Positions 8,580 through 16,201 of a stretch of DNA of 50,053 nt are shown piece after piece. The notes under the pieces are model-generated. The model did not search any database. It saw only the letters and a program-made list of their open reading frames with translations, and was not told where the DNA came from. This DNA comes from Ilumatobacteraceae bacterium. GTDB lineage: Bacteria > Actinomycetota > Acidimicrobiia > Acidimicrobiales > Ilumatobacteraceae. The first letter of the stretch is position 1. Each line of letters starts with the position of its first letter. The position numbers and the translations under genes are program-made. The stretch covers positions 1 to 50,053 of the forward strand of contig DASQFE010000603.1 of the NCBI GenBank assembly GCA_035633295.1, in the 5' to 3' direction.

Positions 8580-9658
8580 CGACACGTACTGCAATGCACG
8601 CCAGCCTCCACACCGAGGTGTGTGATCTGTTCGGCATCGATGTGCCGATCGTCCAGACCGGGATGGGCTGGGTCGCAGGCGCCCGGTTGGTGTCGGCGAC
8701 CGCCAACGCCGGCGCACTCGGCATCTTGGCGAGCGCCACGATGGAGTTCGACGAGTTGCAGACTGCGGTCAGCGAGGTCCGCTCGCGCACCGACCGTCCG
8801 TTCGGCGTCAACATGCGCGCCGACGCGCACGACATCACCGATCGTGTCGCGTTGCTGATCGACCAGGGAGTCCGGGTCGCCTCGTTCGCCCAGGCCCCGA
8901 AGGAGGCACTCATCTCCCGGCTCCACGACGGAGGGGTCCTGGTGGTGCCCTCGATCGGGGCCAAGCGTCACGCCGAGAAGGTGCTGGAGTGGGGAGTCGA
9001 CGCAGTACTCGTACAGGGCGGCGAGGGCGGCGGCCACACCGGCTCCGTGCCGACCAGCATCCTGCTCCCGCAGGTGGTCGACGCAGTACAGGGCCGCGTC
9101 CCGGTGATCGCGGCCGGGGGGTTCTTCGATGGCCGAGGTCTGGTCGCGGCACTGGCCTACGGCGCCGGCGGCGTCGCCATGGGCACGAGGTTCCTGTTGA
9201 CGAGCGACTCGTCGGTCCCCCAGTCGGTGAAGGAGTACTACCTCGCCAAGGGCGTCGCCGACACCACCGTGACCAAACAGGTGGACGGTGTCGCCCACCG
9301 AGTGCTGAACACCGAGCTCGTGAACCAGCTCGAATCTGGTCGCGGGAAGTTGCTCACGCTGCCACGAGCACTGCTCAATGCTCATCGGTTCCGCCAGATG
9401 ACCGGGTTGACGCTGGGCCAGATGTTGCGCGAAGGGAACGCCATGCGTCAGGGCGGCGAGCTCACCTACACCCAGATGGTGATGGCGGCGAACACGCCGA
9501 TGTTGCTCAAGGCAGCGCTCGTCGACGGCAACACCGCAGCGGGTGTGATGGCGAGCGGGCAGGTGGTGGGCATCATCGACGACCTGCCGTCGTGCCAGGA
9601 ACTGATCGATCGCATCATCGACGAAGCAGAGGCGACCCTTGCGCGGTTGGGCGCATGA
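8576..9658 (+). CDS. ipdC: nitronate monooxygenase / 2-nitropropane dioxygenase-fold acyl-CoA reductase (IpdC)
   Basis: ATGA overlap with ipdB. Motifs: PIVQTGMGWVAGARLVSATANAGALGILA, VLVQGGEGGGHTG, PVIAAGGFFDGRGLVAALAYGAGGVAMGTRFL. Confidence 0.88.
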   Translation: MTTRTAMHASLHTEVCDLFGIDVPIVQTGMGWVAGARLVSATANAGALGILASATMEFDELQTAVSEVRSRTDRPFGVNMRADAHDITDRVALLIDQGVRVASFAQAPKEALISRLHDGGVLVVPSIGAKRHAEKVLEWGVDAVLVQGGEGGGHTGSVPTSILLPQVVDAVQGRVPVIAAGGFFDGRGLVAALAYGAGGVAMGTRFLLTSDSSVPQSVKEYYLAKGVADTTVTKQVDGVAHRVLNTELVNQLESGRGKLLTLPRALLNAHRFRQMTGLTLGQMLREGNAMRQGGELTYTQMVMAANTPMLLKAALVDGNTAAGVMASGQVVGIIDDLPSCQELIDRIIDEAEATLARLGA

Positions 9659-10101
9659 GCACTGCGGCCACCGTGCTGCACGGGCCCGACGAGTTGCGCG
9701 CCGCGTTGGGTCGGCATCTCGGCCACAGCGAGTGGCTCACCGTCGATCAGCACCGCATCGATCAGTTCACGGAGGCGACCGGCGCACCGGCTGCAGTGGC
9801 CGACGGCTACCTGACGCTGTCGTTGTCGAACTACTTCCTCCCCCAGATCGTTGAGGTCACCGGCTTCACGATGGGCGTCAACTACGGCGCCGAGATGGTG
9901 CGCTTCCTGCAGCCGGTCGAGGCCGGAGCCAGTCTCCGAGCGGGCGCCGAACTCATCGGCGTTGCCGATGTCGCCGGGGGCCTGCAGACCACGATGACGA
10001 TCACGATCGACATCGCAGGCGATGTCCCAGGCGATGTCCCAGGCGATGTCCCAGCGCAGTCCGCCTGCGTGATCGAATCCGTCTCGCGGTGGTTGTACTG
10101 A
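9655..10101 (+). CDS. MaoC-like hotdog-fold protein, apparently lacking the hydratase Asp/His motif
   Basis: ATGA overlap with ipdC. SEWLTVDQHRIDQFTEATGAPAAVADGYLTLSLS aligns to the MaoC signature, but GAPAAVA replaces GDxNPxH. Contains an in-frame GDVP x3 repeat. Confidence 0.75.
   Translation: MSTAATVLHGPDELRAALGRHLGHSEWLTVDQHRIDQFTEATGAPAAVADGYLTLSLSNYFLPQIVEVTGFTMGVNYGAEMVRFLQPVEAGASLRAGAELIGVADVAGGLQTTMTITIDIAGDVPGDVPGDVPAQSACVIESVSRWLY
10017..10052 (+). repeat. in-frame perfect 12-bp x3 tandem repeat ggcgatgtccca (GDVP x3) in the MaoC-like gene
   Basis: Three identical units at 10017, 10029 and 10041. Confidence 0.9.
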
Positions 10102-10895
10102 TGGGCGTGCTCGACCTGTTCCGCCTCGACGGCAAGGTCGCCCTGGTCAGCGGAGCCGGCCGGGGGATCGGTGCCGCCAGTGCCCTCGCGCTCGCCGAAG
10201 CCGGGGCAGACGTCGCGGTGCTCGCCCGAACCCTGCCCGAGATCGAAGCCGTTGCCGCGCAGGCCCGATCGTTCGGTGGACGAGCGGTCGCCATCGCGAC
10301 TGATGCCAACGACGCCGAACAGGTCGAGGCCGCCGTGGAGCAGGTCATCGCCGACCTCGGCCGGATCGACATCGTGGTCGCCGTCGTCGGCGGAGCGATG
10401 CCCAAACCGTTCATGGCCACCACGGATCACGACCTCCGCAACGCCTTTGATCACAACGTCCTGACCGGAATCCGGCTGGTGCGCGCAAGCGTTGCGCACC
10501 TGCTCGCCGTCGGTGGTGGCAGCGTGGTGATGGTCTCGAGCGCAATGGGCCACAACGTCGGCCGCGGCTACACGGCCTACGGCGCAAGCAAGGCGGCCCT
10601 CGACCACGCCGTGCGACTGATGGCTGCCGACCTCTGCCCCCGAATCCGGGTGAACGCCATTGCACCCGGGGCCATCCTCACCGAGGCACTTCAGGTGGTG
10701 GCCGACAACCCCGAGATCAGGTCCGCGATCGAGCGCGCTACTCCGCTACGACGCCTCGGCGAACCGATCGACGTCGCTGCCGGCGTGCTGTACCTCGCGA
10801 GCGCCGCATCAGGCTTCGTGACAGGCCAGATCCTCGCCGTCGACGGCGGGGTGCACACACCCAACTTCGAACTCCCGATCCCCGACCTGACCTGA
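10101..10895 (+). CDS. SDR family oxidoreductase
   Basis: TGATG junction with the MaoC gene. Motifs: VSGAGRGIG, YGASKAA, VTGQILAVDGG. Confidence 0.88.
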   Translation: MGVLDLFRLDGKVALVSGAGRGIGAASALALAEAGADVAVLARTLPEIEAVAAQARSFGGRAVAIATDANDAEQVEAAVEQVIADLGRIDIVVAVVGGAMPKPFMATTDHDLRNAFDHNVLTGIRLVRASVAHLLAVGGGSVVMVSSAMGHNVGRGYTAYGASKAALDHAVRLMAADLCPRIRVNAIAPGAILTEALQVVADNPEIRSAIERATPLRRLGEPIDVAAGVLYLASAASGFVTGQILAVDGGVHTPNFELPIPDLT

Positions 10896-10905
10896 CCTGA
10901 CCTGA
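10884..10905. repeat. (GACCT)4 pentanucleotide repeat at a convergent gene junction
   Basis: gacct x4 plus ga. It contains the SDR stop (10893..10895) and places TGA in all three plus-strand frames. Confidence 0.85.
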
Positions 10906-10911
10906 GCGGAC

Positions 10912-12105
10912 TCACCGGGTGAACGTGATCGGCAACTCCTGGATGCCACGCACGAACGAGGAGTGGCTGTAGGTCGGCACGAAGTCACCGTCGGCGAGGC
11001 GGATGTCATGGAGGCGGGTGAGGATCTCGCCGAAGATGACCCGCAACTCGAGGCGGGCCAGTTGCGCACCGAGACACAGGTGGGGGCCGAATCCGAACGA
11101 CACGTGCGGGTTCGGATTCCGGGTGACGTCGAACTCGAACGGGTTGGCGAACACGTCGTCGTCGCGGTTCGCGGACAGGTAAGACATCAAGACCTGGGAT
11201 CCCTGGGGGATCGTGACACCACGCACGTCGACATCCTGCGTGGTCACCCGGTTCATGTTGTTGATGGGGGTGACCCACCGGAGGCACTCCTCCACCACCG
11301 ACGGGGCCACCGAGCCGTCGTGCACCGAGGCGGTGGCGATCGACAGTTGTTCCGGATGGGTCAGGAGCGCGTGCACGCCGCCGGTGATCACGCTGCGGGT
11401 GGTCTCGTTGCCCCCGACGAGCAGCAGCAGCGAATTGCCCACGATGTGATCCTCGTCGAGCGACTCGTCCCCGATCGCTGAGTGCACGAGTGTGCTGACG
11501 AGGTCATCTCGCGGTGTCGCCCTCCGGTCGGCGATGACATCGGTGATGTAGGTGAAATAGGCGAACGCCGCTCCGACGACCTCGTCGGTGACGTACGAAG
11601 CATCGTCGGACCCCCCGATCATCTGATCGCTCCAGTGCTGCAGCCGCTCGTAGTCGTCGGGGGATGCTCCGAGCATCTCGCCGATCAGGGTCATCGGCAA
11701 TGGCTTGGCGAACGCCTCCACGATGTCGCACGATCCGGCCTCGATCACGTCGTCGACGAGCCGGCCGGCGACCTCGCGCACATGGCCTTCGTACAACTGC
11801 ATCTGGCGGTTGGTGAACCCCTGAGCGACGAGACGGCGTTGTGCTGCGTGCAGCGGGTCGTCGCAGTCGATCATCGACGGCTGCGGCGCAACGTTCGGAC
11901 GCGACCCTTCGGCGTTCGAAAAGAGCAGTGGCTGGCGTTCAGCGGTGCGGATGTCGTCGTGCCTCGTGAGCGTCCAGACCCCGGTCGGGTCGCAGTAGAC
12001 CGGCTGGTTGGCGCGAAGCCAACTGAAGAACGGGTGCGGGTCACCGGCGTAGAGGTCGCGTTCGAGAAGTCGCTGCGCGGTCGGCTCATGGGGTGCCGAC
12101 GTCAT
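10912..12105 (-). CDS. cyp142: cytochrome P450, CYP142-like (steroid C26-monooxygenase candidate)
   Basis: Heme loop FGFGPHLCLG, EECLRW (ExxR), I-helix LLLLVGGNETT. Blocks WLRANQPVY, ERQPLLFSNAEGSRPN, MIDCDDPLH and RNPNPHVSFGFG match my memory of M. tuberculosis CYP142. Length 397 aa. Confidence 0.85.
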   Translation of the reverse strand: MTSAPHEPTAQRLLERDLYAGDPHPFFSWLRANQPVYCDPTGVWTLTRHDDIRTAERQPLLFSNAEGSRPNVAPQPSMIDCDDPLHAAQRRLVAQGFTNRQMQLYEGHVREVAGRLVDDVIEAGSCDIVEAFAKPLPMTLIGEMLGASPDDYERLQHWSDQMIGGSDDASYVTDEVVGAAFAYFTYITDVIADRRATPRDDLVSTLVHSAIGDESLDEDHIVGNSLLLLVGGNETTRSVITGGVHALLTHPEQLSIATASVHDGSVAPSVVEECLRWVTPINNMNRVTTQDVDVRGVTIPQGSQVLMSYLSANRDDDVFANPFEFDVTRNPNPHVSFGFGPHLCLGAQLARLELRVIFGEILTRLHDIRLADGDFVPTYSHSSFVRGIQELPITFTR

Positions 12106-13346
12106 GCGATGACTCCTGCTTCGTGGAGGCGAGCGAGCTCGGCCGGAGAGATGCCGAGTTCGGCAGTGAGGACCTGGTCGGTGTGCTCACCCTGCCACGG
12201 CGGGCGCGTCGGCGCGGTCTCGGTCAAGCCGGAGAGCTTCACCGGGTTTCCGGGGGTGACCACCGGCTCGGCCACGCCATCGGTGCGGTCGATCTCGATG
12301 ATCATGTCGCGTGCTGCGAGGTGAGGGTCGGCAATCACCTGCGCCGCGTTGAACACGGGGCCGGCCGCGACGCCGGCGTTCGCCAATGCGTGGCAGGCCT
12401 CGACGCTCGTCTTGTCGGCCGCCCACGAGTCGACCCCGTCGCGCAGCACGCCGATGTGTTCGCGCCAACCGGCACGGGTTGCGAACCGCTCGTCGCCCAT
12501 CCAGGCGGCCTGGCCGACGAGCGAGGCAAGCCGCTCGAACTCGTGCTCGCGGCCAACTTGCACGATGAACCATCCATCGCTGGCACGAAACCCGTCCAGG
12601 ATCATCTTCAGGCCCTGGCCGGGCTCGGGGCGCTCCCCCATCGACCAGTAGTTCGTGACGACATCGGCGAACGCAACCATCGAGTCGAACATCGCGACGT
12701 CGACGTACTGACCGGCGCCGGTGTTGTCACGTTCGCGCAACGCAGCGAGCAGGCCGATCACGCCGAACAGTGACGTGCCGATGTCGCCGAGCGCCCCGAC
12801 CGGCGAGACCACCGGCGGCTCGTGCGGCGTTCGTTTCCACTCGTAGAGACCGCTCATCGCCTCGGCGACAGCGGCATACGCCGGCCACGATCCGTACGGC
12901 GACTCGGTGGTGTTGCCGAAGCCGGAGATCGACAGGTACACCACCGCCGGATGCACGGCGCGTACGTCGTGGTAACCCAGACCCATCTTGGTGAGCGCAC
13001 CACCCTTGAAGTTCTCGCACACCACGTCGAAACCGGGCGCGAGGCGCAACACGAGGTCGCGCCCTTCTGGCGATTTCAGGTCGATGCAAATGGAACGCTT
13101 GCCGAGGTTGTTACGTAGGAACGTGGCGCCGACCGAACGACCCGACGGATCGAGCATCGATGGTTGCGAGCCTCGACCGAGGTCACCGGTTCGGGGGTTC
13201 TCCACCTTCACCACGTCGGCGCCCAGCCGGGCGAGTAGCTGGGTGGCGAACGGCAGTGCCTGCATCTGTTCGAGCGCCAACACCCGCACGCCGGCGAGCG
13301 GGCCGACATGGGCCGTGTCGGCGTCGGCTCCCCCTCCTGCGCGCAT
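12102..13346 (-). CDS. CaiB/BaiF family (type III) CoA-transferase
   Basis: Motifs: LAGVRVLALEQMQALPFATQLLARLGADVVKVE, DVVCENFKGGALTKMGLGY. ATGA overlap with the P450 start. TACAGT lies 6 nt upstream of ATG 13346. Confidence 0.85.
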   Translation of the reverse strand: MRAGGGADADTAHVGPLAGVRVLALEQMQALPFATQLLARLGADVVKVENPRTGDLGRGSQPSMLDPSGRSVGATFLRNNLGKRSICIDLKSPEGRDLVLRLAPGFDVVCENFKGGALTKMGLGYHDVRAVHPAVVYLSISGFGNTTESPYGSWPAYAAVAEAMSGLYEWKRTPHEPPVVSPVGALGDIGTSLFGVIGLLAALRERDNTGAGQYVDVAMFDSMVAFADVVTNYWSMGERPEPGQGLKMILDGFRASDGWFIVQVGREHEFERLASLVGQAAWMGDERFATRAGWREHIGVLRDGVDSWAADKTSVEACHALANAGVAAGPVFNAAQVIADPHLAARDMIIEIDRTDGVAEPVVTPGNPVKLSGLTETAPTRPPWQGEHTDQVLTAELGISPAELARLHEAGVIA

Positions 13347-13352
13347 CGCCCG

Positions 13353-13358
13353 ACTGTA
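13353..13358 (-). promoter_or_regulatory. -10 box TACAGT, 6 nt upstream of ATG 13346
   Basis: Minus strand: GTCAGA TACAGT cgggcg ATG. The operator occupies exactly the 17-bp spacer position. Confidence 0.45.
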
Positions 13359-13375
13359 TCTGACGGCCCGTCAGA
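13359..13375. promoter_or_regulatory. operator palindrome site 3: TCTGACG-GCC-CGTCAGA (perfect)
   Basis: Directly abuts the TACAGT -10 box (13353..13358, minus strand) of the CaiB-cyp142 unit. Confidence 0.7.
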
Positions 13376-13423
13376 CGGCGAGAACGCCATACCCACCCTC
13401 CGTCCCCCTCACCCACCCGGCCC

Positions 13424-13491
13424 AAAAGTGCGGTTTGTGTTGCAGTTCGGTTGGCCCGTCCCAACCGAAGTGTCACGCAAACCGGTGTTTT
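13424..13491. terminator. bidirectional intrinsic-terminator-like element: AAAAGTG, a long imperfect hairpin, then GTGTTTT
   Basis: Outer stem CGGTTTG (13431..13437) pairs with CAAACCG (13478..13484). Inner perfect 9-bp stem TTCGGTTGG (13446..13454) pairs with CCAACCGAA (13461..13469) around loop cccgtc. An A-run lies 5' and a T-run 3'. It sits in a divergent intergenic region, which is unexpected. Confidence 0.35.
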
Positions 13492-13509
13492 CGGGCGGGG
13501 GGCGGTTCC

Positions 13510-13536
13510 TTGAAATCGACACCGCATGAGTAGCGT
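13510..13536 (+). promoter_or_regulatory. candidate promoter TTGAAA-15 nt-TAGCGT for the pseudo-HMGCS/thiolase unit
   Basis: -10 at 13531..13536, with ATG 13544 starting 7 nt downstream. The spacer is short (15 nt), hence moderate confidence. Confidence 0.4.
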
Positions 13537-13543
13537 TCGACAG

Positions 13544-14938
13544 ATGCGAGGCATCCTTGGTTGGGGCACGTACCTCCCACACCGCCGGCTCGACCGCATG
13601 GAGATCACCGGTTTCATCGGCCAGGGCGGCGGAACGGGCACCCGAACGGTCGCCGGCTTCGACGAAGACCCCACCACCATGGCGGTCGAGGCCGCCCGAC
13701 GGGTTCCACAGGTGTCTACGGCTGATCTCCTCATGTTCGGGACCTCGTTTCCCGCCTACGCCGACAAGACCAACTCCACCGTCGTCCATGGCGCCATCCG
13801 GCTGAGCGCCGACGTGCCGGCGATCGATCTCGGCCAGAGCACACGGTCGGCTGTCGGTGGGATCCTGTTGGCGGCCCGCAGCAGCGGCACCGTGCTGGTC
13901 GCCGCAGCGGACATCCGCAGTGGCTGGGCAGGCTCGGCCGAGGAGGCCGCAGGCGGTGACGCAGGAGCCGCTGTCCTGATCGGCGACGACACGACGCACA
14001 CACCCGTACTCGCCGAGTTCATCGGCACCTCGAGCGCGACGGAGGAGTTCGTCGACCGTTGGCGGGCACCCGGCGAGTCGCGCACGAAGGTATGGGACGA
14101 ACGGTTCGCCGAGCTCACGTACGGACGTCTCGGGCTCCAGGCCTGGGCGGCCGCGCTGGCCGCTGCCGGTATCACGGCCGCTGACGTCGCGGCCGTCGCC
14201 GTCGCTGCTCCGACCGCCCGCATCGGCTCGACGCTCGCCGGTCGGCTCGGCGCGGGCAGGGTGATCGACAACCGTGCCGCCACGATCGGTGTCTGCGGTG
14301 CCGCGCAACCCGCGCTTGCCCTCGCCGACCTCCTGGAGCAGGCTGAACCAGGCCAGGTGGTCGCCCTCGTCTCGCTCGCCGACGGCGCCGACGTCATGCT
14401 GCTGCGAACATCCGTGGCGATTGCGGAGCACCGCACCGGCCCGACCGTTGCCCACCAGGCAGCCGGCGGGGCACCTGTCACCTACGGGCGGTTCCTCGCC
14501 TGGCGCGGGGGCCTGACCGTCGAGCCGCCACGCCGCCCCGAGCCACCGCGCGTCTCCGCGACGGCTGCGGCTCGCTCCAACGATTGGAAGCTCGGCTTCG
14601 TGGCCGATCGCGACCGCACCACGGGACAGGTCCACATGCCACCGCAGCGGGTCTCGGCCGACGGCGAACGCACCGATGCAATGGACCCTGCGCCGATGGC
14701 CGACGCCGTTGGTGTCGTGGCCACGTTCACCGTCGATCACGTCGCCTACTCCCCCAGCCCGCCGATCGTGTTCGCCGTGGTCGACTTCGAGGGTGGCGGA
14801 CGGCTGCCGATCGAGCTGTGCGACTGCGATGCCGACGACGTGATGATCGGCCTGCGGGTCGAGCCGACATTCCGCCGTTTGTACGTGCAGGACGGCATCC
14901 CCAACTACTTCTGGAAAGCGAGGCCCGTGCGTGGCTAG
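13544..14938 (+). CDS. HMG-CoA-synthase-like (thiolase fold) domain fused to a C-terminal DUF35 OB-fold domain; catalytic Cys/His/Asn apparently replaced
   Basis: N-terminus ILGWGTYLPHRRL...GFDEDPTTMAVEAA is HMGCS-like. DLGQSTRSAVGG sits where EFACKAGT is expected. AAPTARIG sits where FHQPNGKF is expected. The C-terminus (GFVADRDRTTGQVHMPP...FAVVDFEGGGRLPIEL) is OB-fold/DUF35-like. ATG 13544 is preferred over ATG 13526 because TAGCGT lies 7 nt upstream. Confidence 0.75.
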   Translation: MRGILGWGTYLPHRRLDRMEITGFIGQGGGTGTRTVAGFDEDPTTMAVEAARRVPQVSTADLLMFGTSFPAYADKTNSTVVHGAIRLSADVPAIDLGQSTRSAVGGILLAARSSGTVLVAAADIRSGWAGSAEEAAGGDAGAAVLIGDDTTHTPVLAEFIGTSSATEEFVDRWRAPGESRTKVWDERFAELTYGRLGLQAWAAALAAAGITAADVAAVAVAAPTARIGSTLAGRLGAGRVIDNRAATIGVCGAAQPALALADLLEQAEPGQVVALVSLADGADVMLLRTSVAIAEHRTGPTVAHQAAGGAPVTYGRFLAWRGGLTVEPPRRPEPPRVSATAAARSNDWKLGFVADRDRTTGQVHMPPQRVSADGERTDAMDPAPMADAVGVVATFTVDHVAYSPSPPIVFAVVDFEGGGRLPIELCDCDADDVMIGLRVEPTFRRLYVQDGIPNYFWKARPVRG

Positions 14939-16133
14939 CCATGGCATCAAGGACCGTGTCGCCATCGTCGGGATGAGCTGCACGAACTTCGTCGAGCATT
15001 GGGACAAAGGCCTCGATGATCTCCTCATCGAGGCGTCGGACGACTGCTTCGCCTCCGCCGGGATCGCCAAGGACGATGTCGACGCGTACTGGCTCGGCAC
15101 CGCCCAGGGCGGTATGAGCGGCATCACCCTCGCCCGTCCCCTCCAGTTGACCGGCAAGCCGGTCACCCGGGTCGAGAACTACTGCGCGACCGGCAGCGAA
15201 GCGCTGCGCCAGGCGTGTTACGCAGTGGCCAGTGGCGCATACGACGTGGCGATGGCCGTGGGCGCCGAGAAGACGAAGGACTCCGGCTTCCAGGGCCTCA
15301 ACGCAGTGCCGCCGCCGAACGATGGCACCGGCCGAACACTCACCGCTGCGGCCATGTTCTCGATGGTCACGCCCGCGTACGCCAACCGGTACGGCGTCGA
15401 TGTCGACACCATGCGCGACGCGATGGCCCACATCGCCTCGAAGAACCACCACAACGGCGCGCTCAACCCACGCGCGCAGTTCCGCAGGGAGGTGGCGAAG
15501 GAGACCGTCCTCAAGTCGCCGCGGGTCGCCGGGGATCTCGGCGTGTTCGACTGCGCCGGTGTCGCCGACGGCGCCGCAGCCGCCATCGTGTGCCGCGCCG
15601 AGGATGCGGCTCGCTTCACCGATCAGCCCCTGTACGTGAAGGCGTTGTCGTTCGTCGCCGGCAACGGATCGGGGCTCGGTGACCCCGCCTACGACTACAC
15701 GACGTTTCCCGAGATCACCGCCTGCGCTCTCGATGCCTACGCGCAGGCCGGTGTCGCCGATCCGGCAACGGAGATCGCCATGGCCGAAGTCCACGACTGT
15801 TTCACGATCACCGAACTCGTCCTGATGGAGGACCTCGGGTTCTGCCCACGCGGCACGGCGTGGCGCGACGTTCTCGATGGCCGCTTCGACCTCGACGGCG
15901 CGTTGCCGGTCAACTCCGACGGTGGGTTGAAGTCGTTCGGTCATCCGGTCGGTGCGTCCGGCCTGCGGATGATGTTCGAGGCCTGGCTACAACTGCGCGG
16001 CGAGGCGCCGCCCGAGCGTCGGATCGCAGGCCTGAACGATCGGGAGCGGCCACTGGCCCTCACCCACAACCTCGGCGGCTATCCCGGCGAGATGGTCAGC
16101 TTCGTGTCGATCCTCGGATCGCGACCCGGCTGA
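14931..16133 (+). CDS. SCP-x-type thiolase (acetyl-CoA C-acyltransferase) with intact catalytic residues
   Basis: The GTG start overlaps the upstream gene by 8 nt. Motifs: VENYCATGSEA (nucleophile Cys), EVHDCFT, GHPVGASG. Confidence 0.88.
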   Translation: MASHGIKDRVAIVGMSCTNFVEHWDKGLDDLLIEASDDCFASAGIAKDDVDAYWLGTAQGGMSGITLARPLQLTGKPVTRVENYCATGSEALRQACYAVASGAYDVAMAVGAEKTKDSGFQGLNAVPPPNDGTGRTLTAAAMFSMVTPAYANRYGVDVDTMRDAMAHIASKNHHNGALNPRAQFRREVAKETVLKSPRVAGDLGVFDCAGVADGAAAAIVCRAEDAARFTDQPLYVKALSFVAGNGSGLGDPAYDYTTFPEITACALDAYAQAGVADPATEIAMAEVHDCFTITELVLMEDLGFCPRGTAWRDVLDGRFDLDGALPVNSDGGLKSFGHPVGASGLRMMFEAWLQLRGEAPPERRIAGLNDRERPLALTHNLGGYPGEMVSFVSILGSRPG

Positions 16134-16166
16134 ATTCTGCAAGCAGATTCTGACCGGGCGTTCGCC

Positions 16167-16195
16167 TTGACGTCCGGGTTCTAATGCGCTACATT
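16167..16195 (+). promoter_or_regulatory. sigma-70-type promoter TTGACG-17 nt-TACATT driving a leaderless LLM transcript
   Basis: -35 at 16167..16172 and -10 at 16190..16195. ATG 16202 begins 6 nt after the -10, so the predicted TSS is at or next to the A of the ATG. There is no operator copy here. Confidence 0.55.
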
Positions 16196-16201
16196 ATCTC
16201 G

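Noticed and set aside
16148-16153. Isolated TCTGAC half-sites at 16148 (upstream of the LLM promoter) and 47733 (TCTGACGG at the ACAD-beta stop).
   Set aside because: The partner half-site at the N3/N5 spacing is absent (gttcgc and ctcaac respectively). A single hexamer or octamer is expected by chance, so I do not count these as operators.
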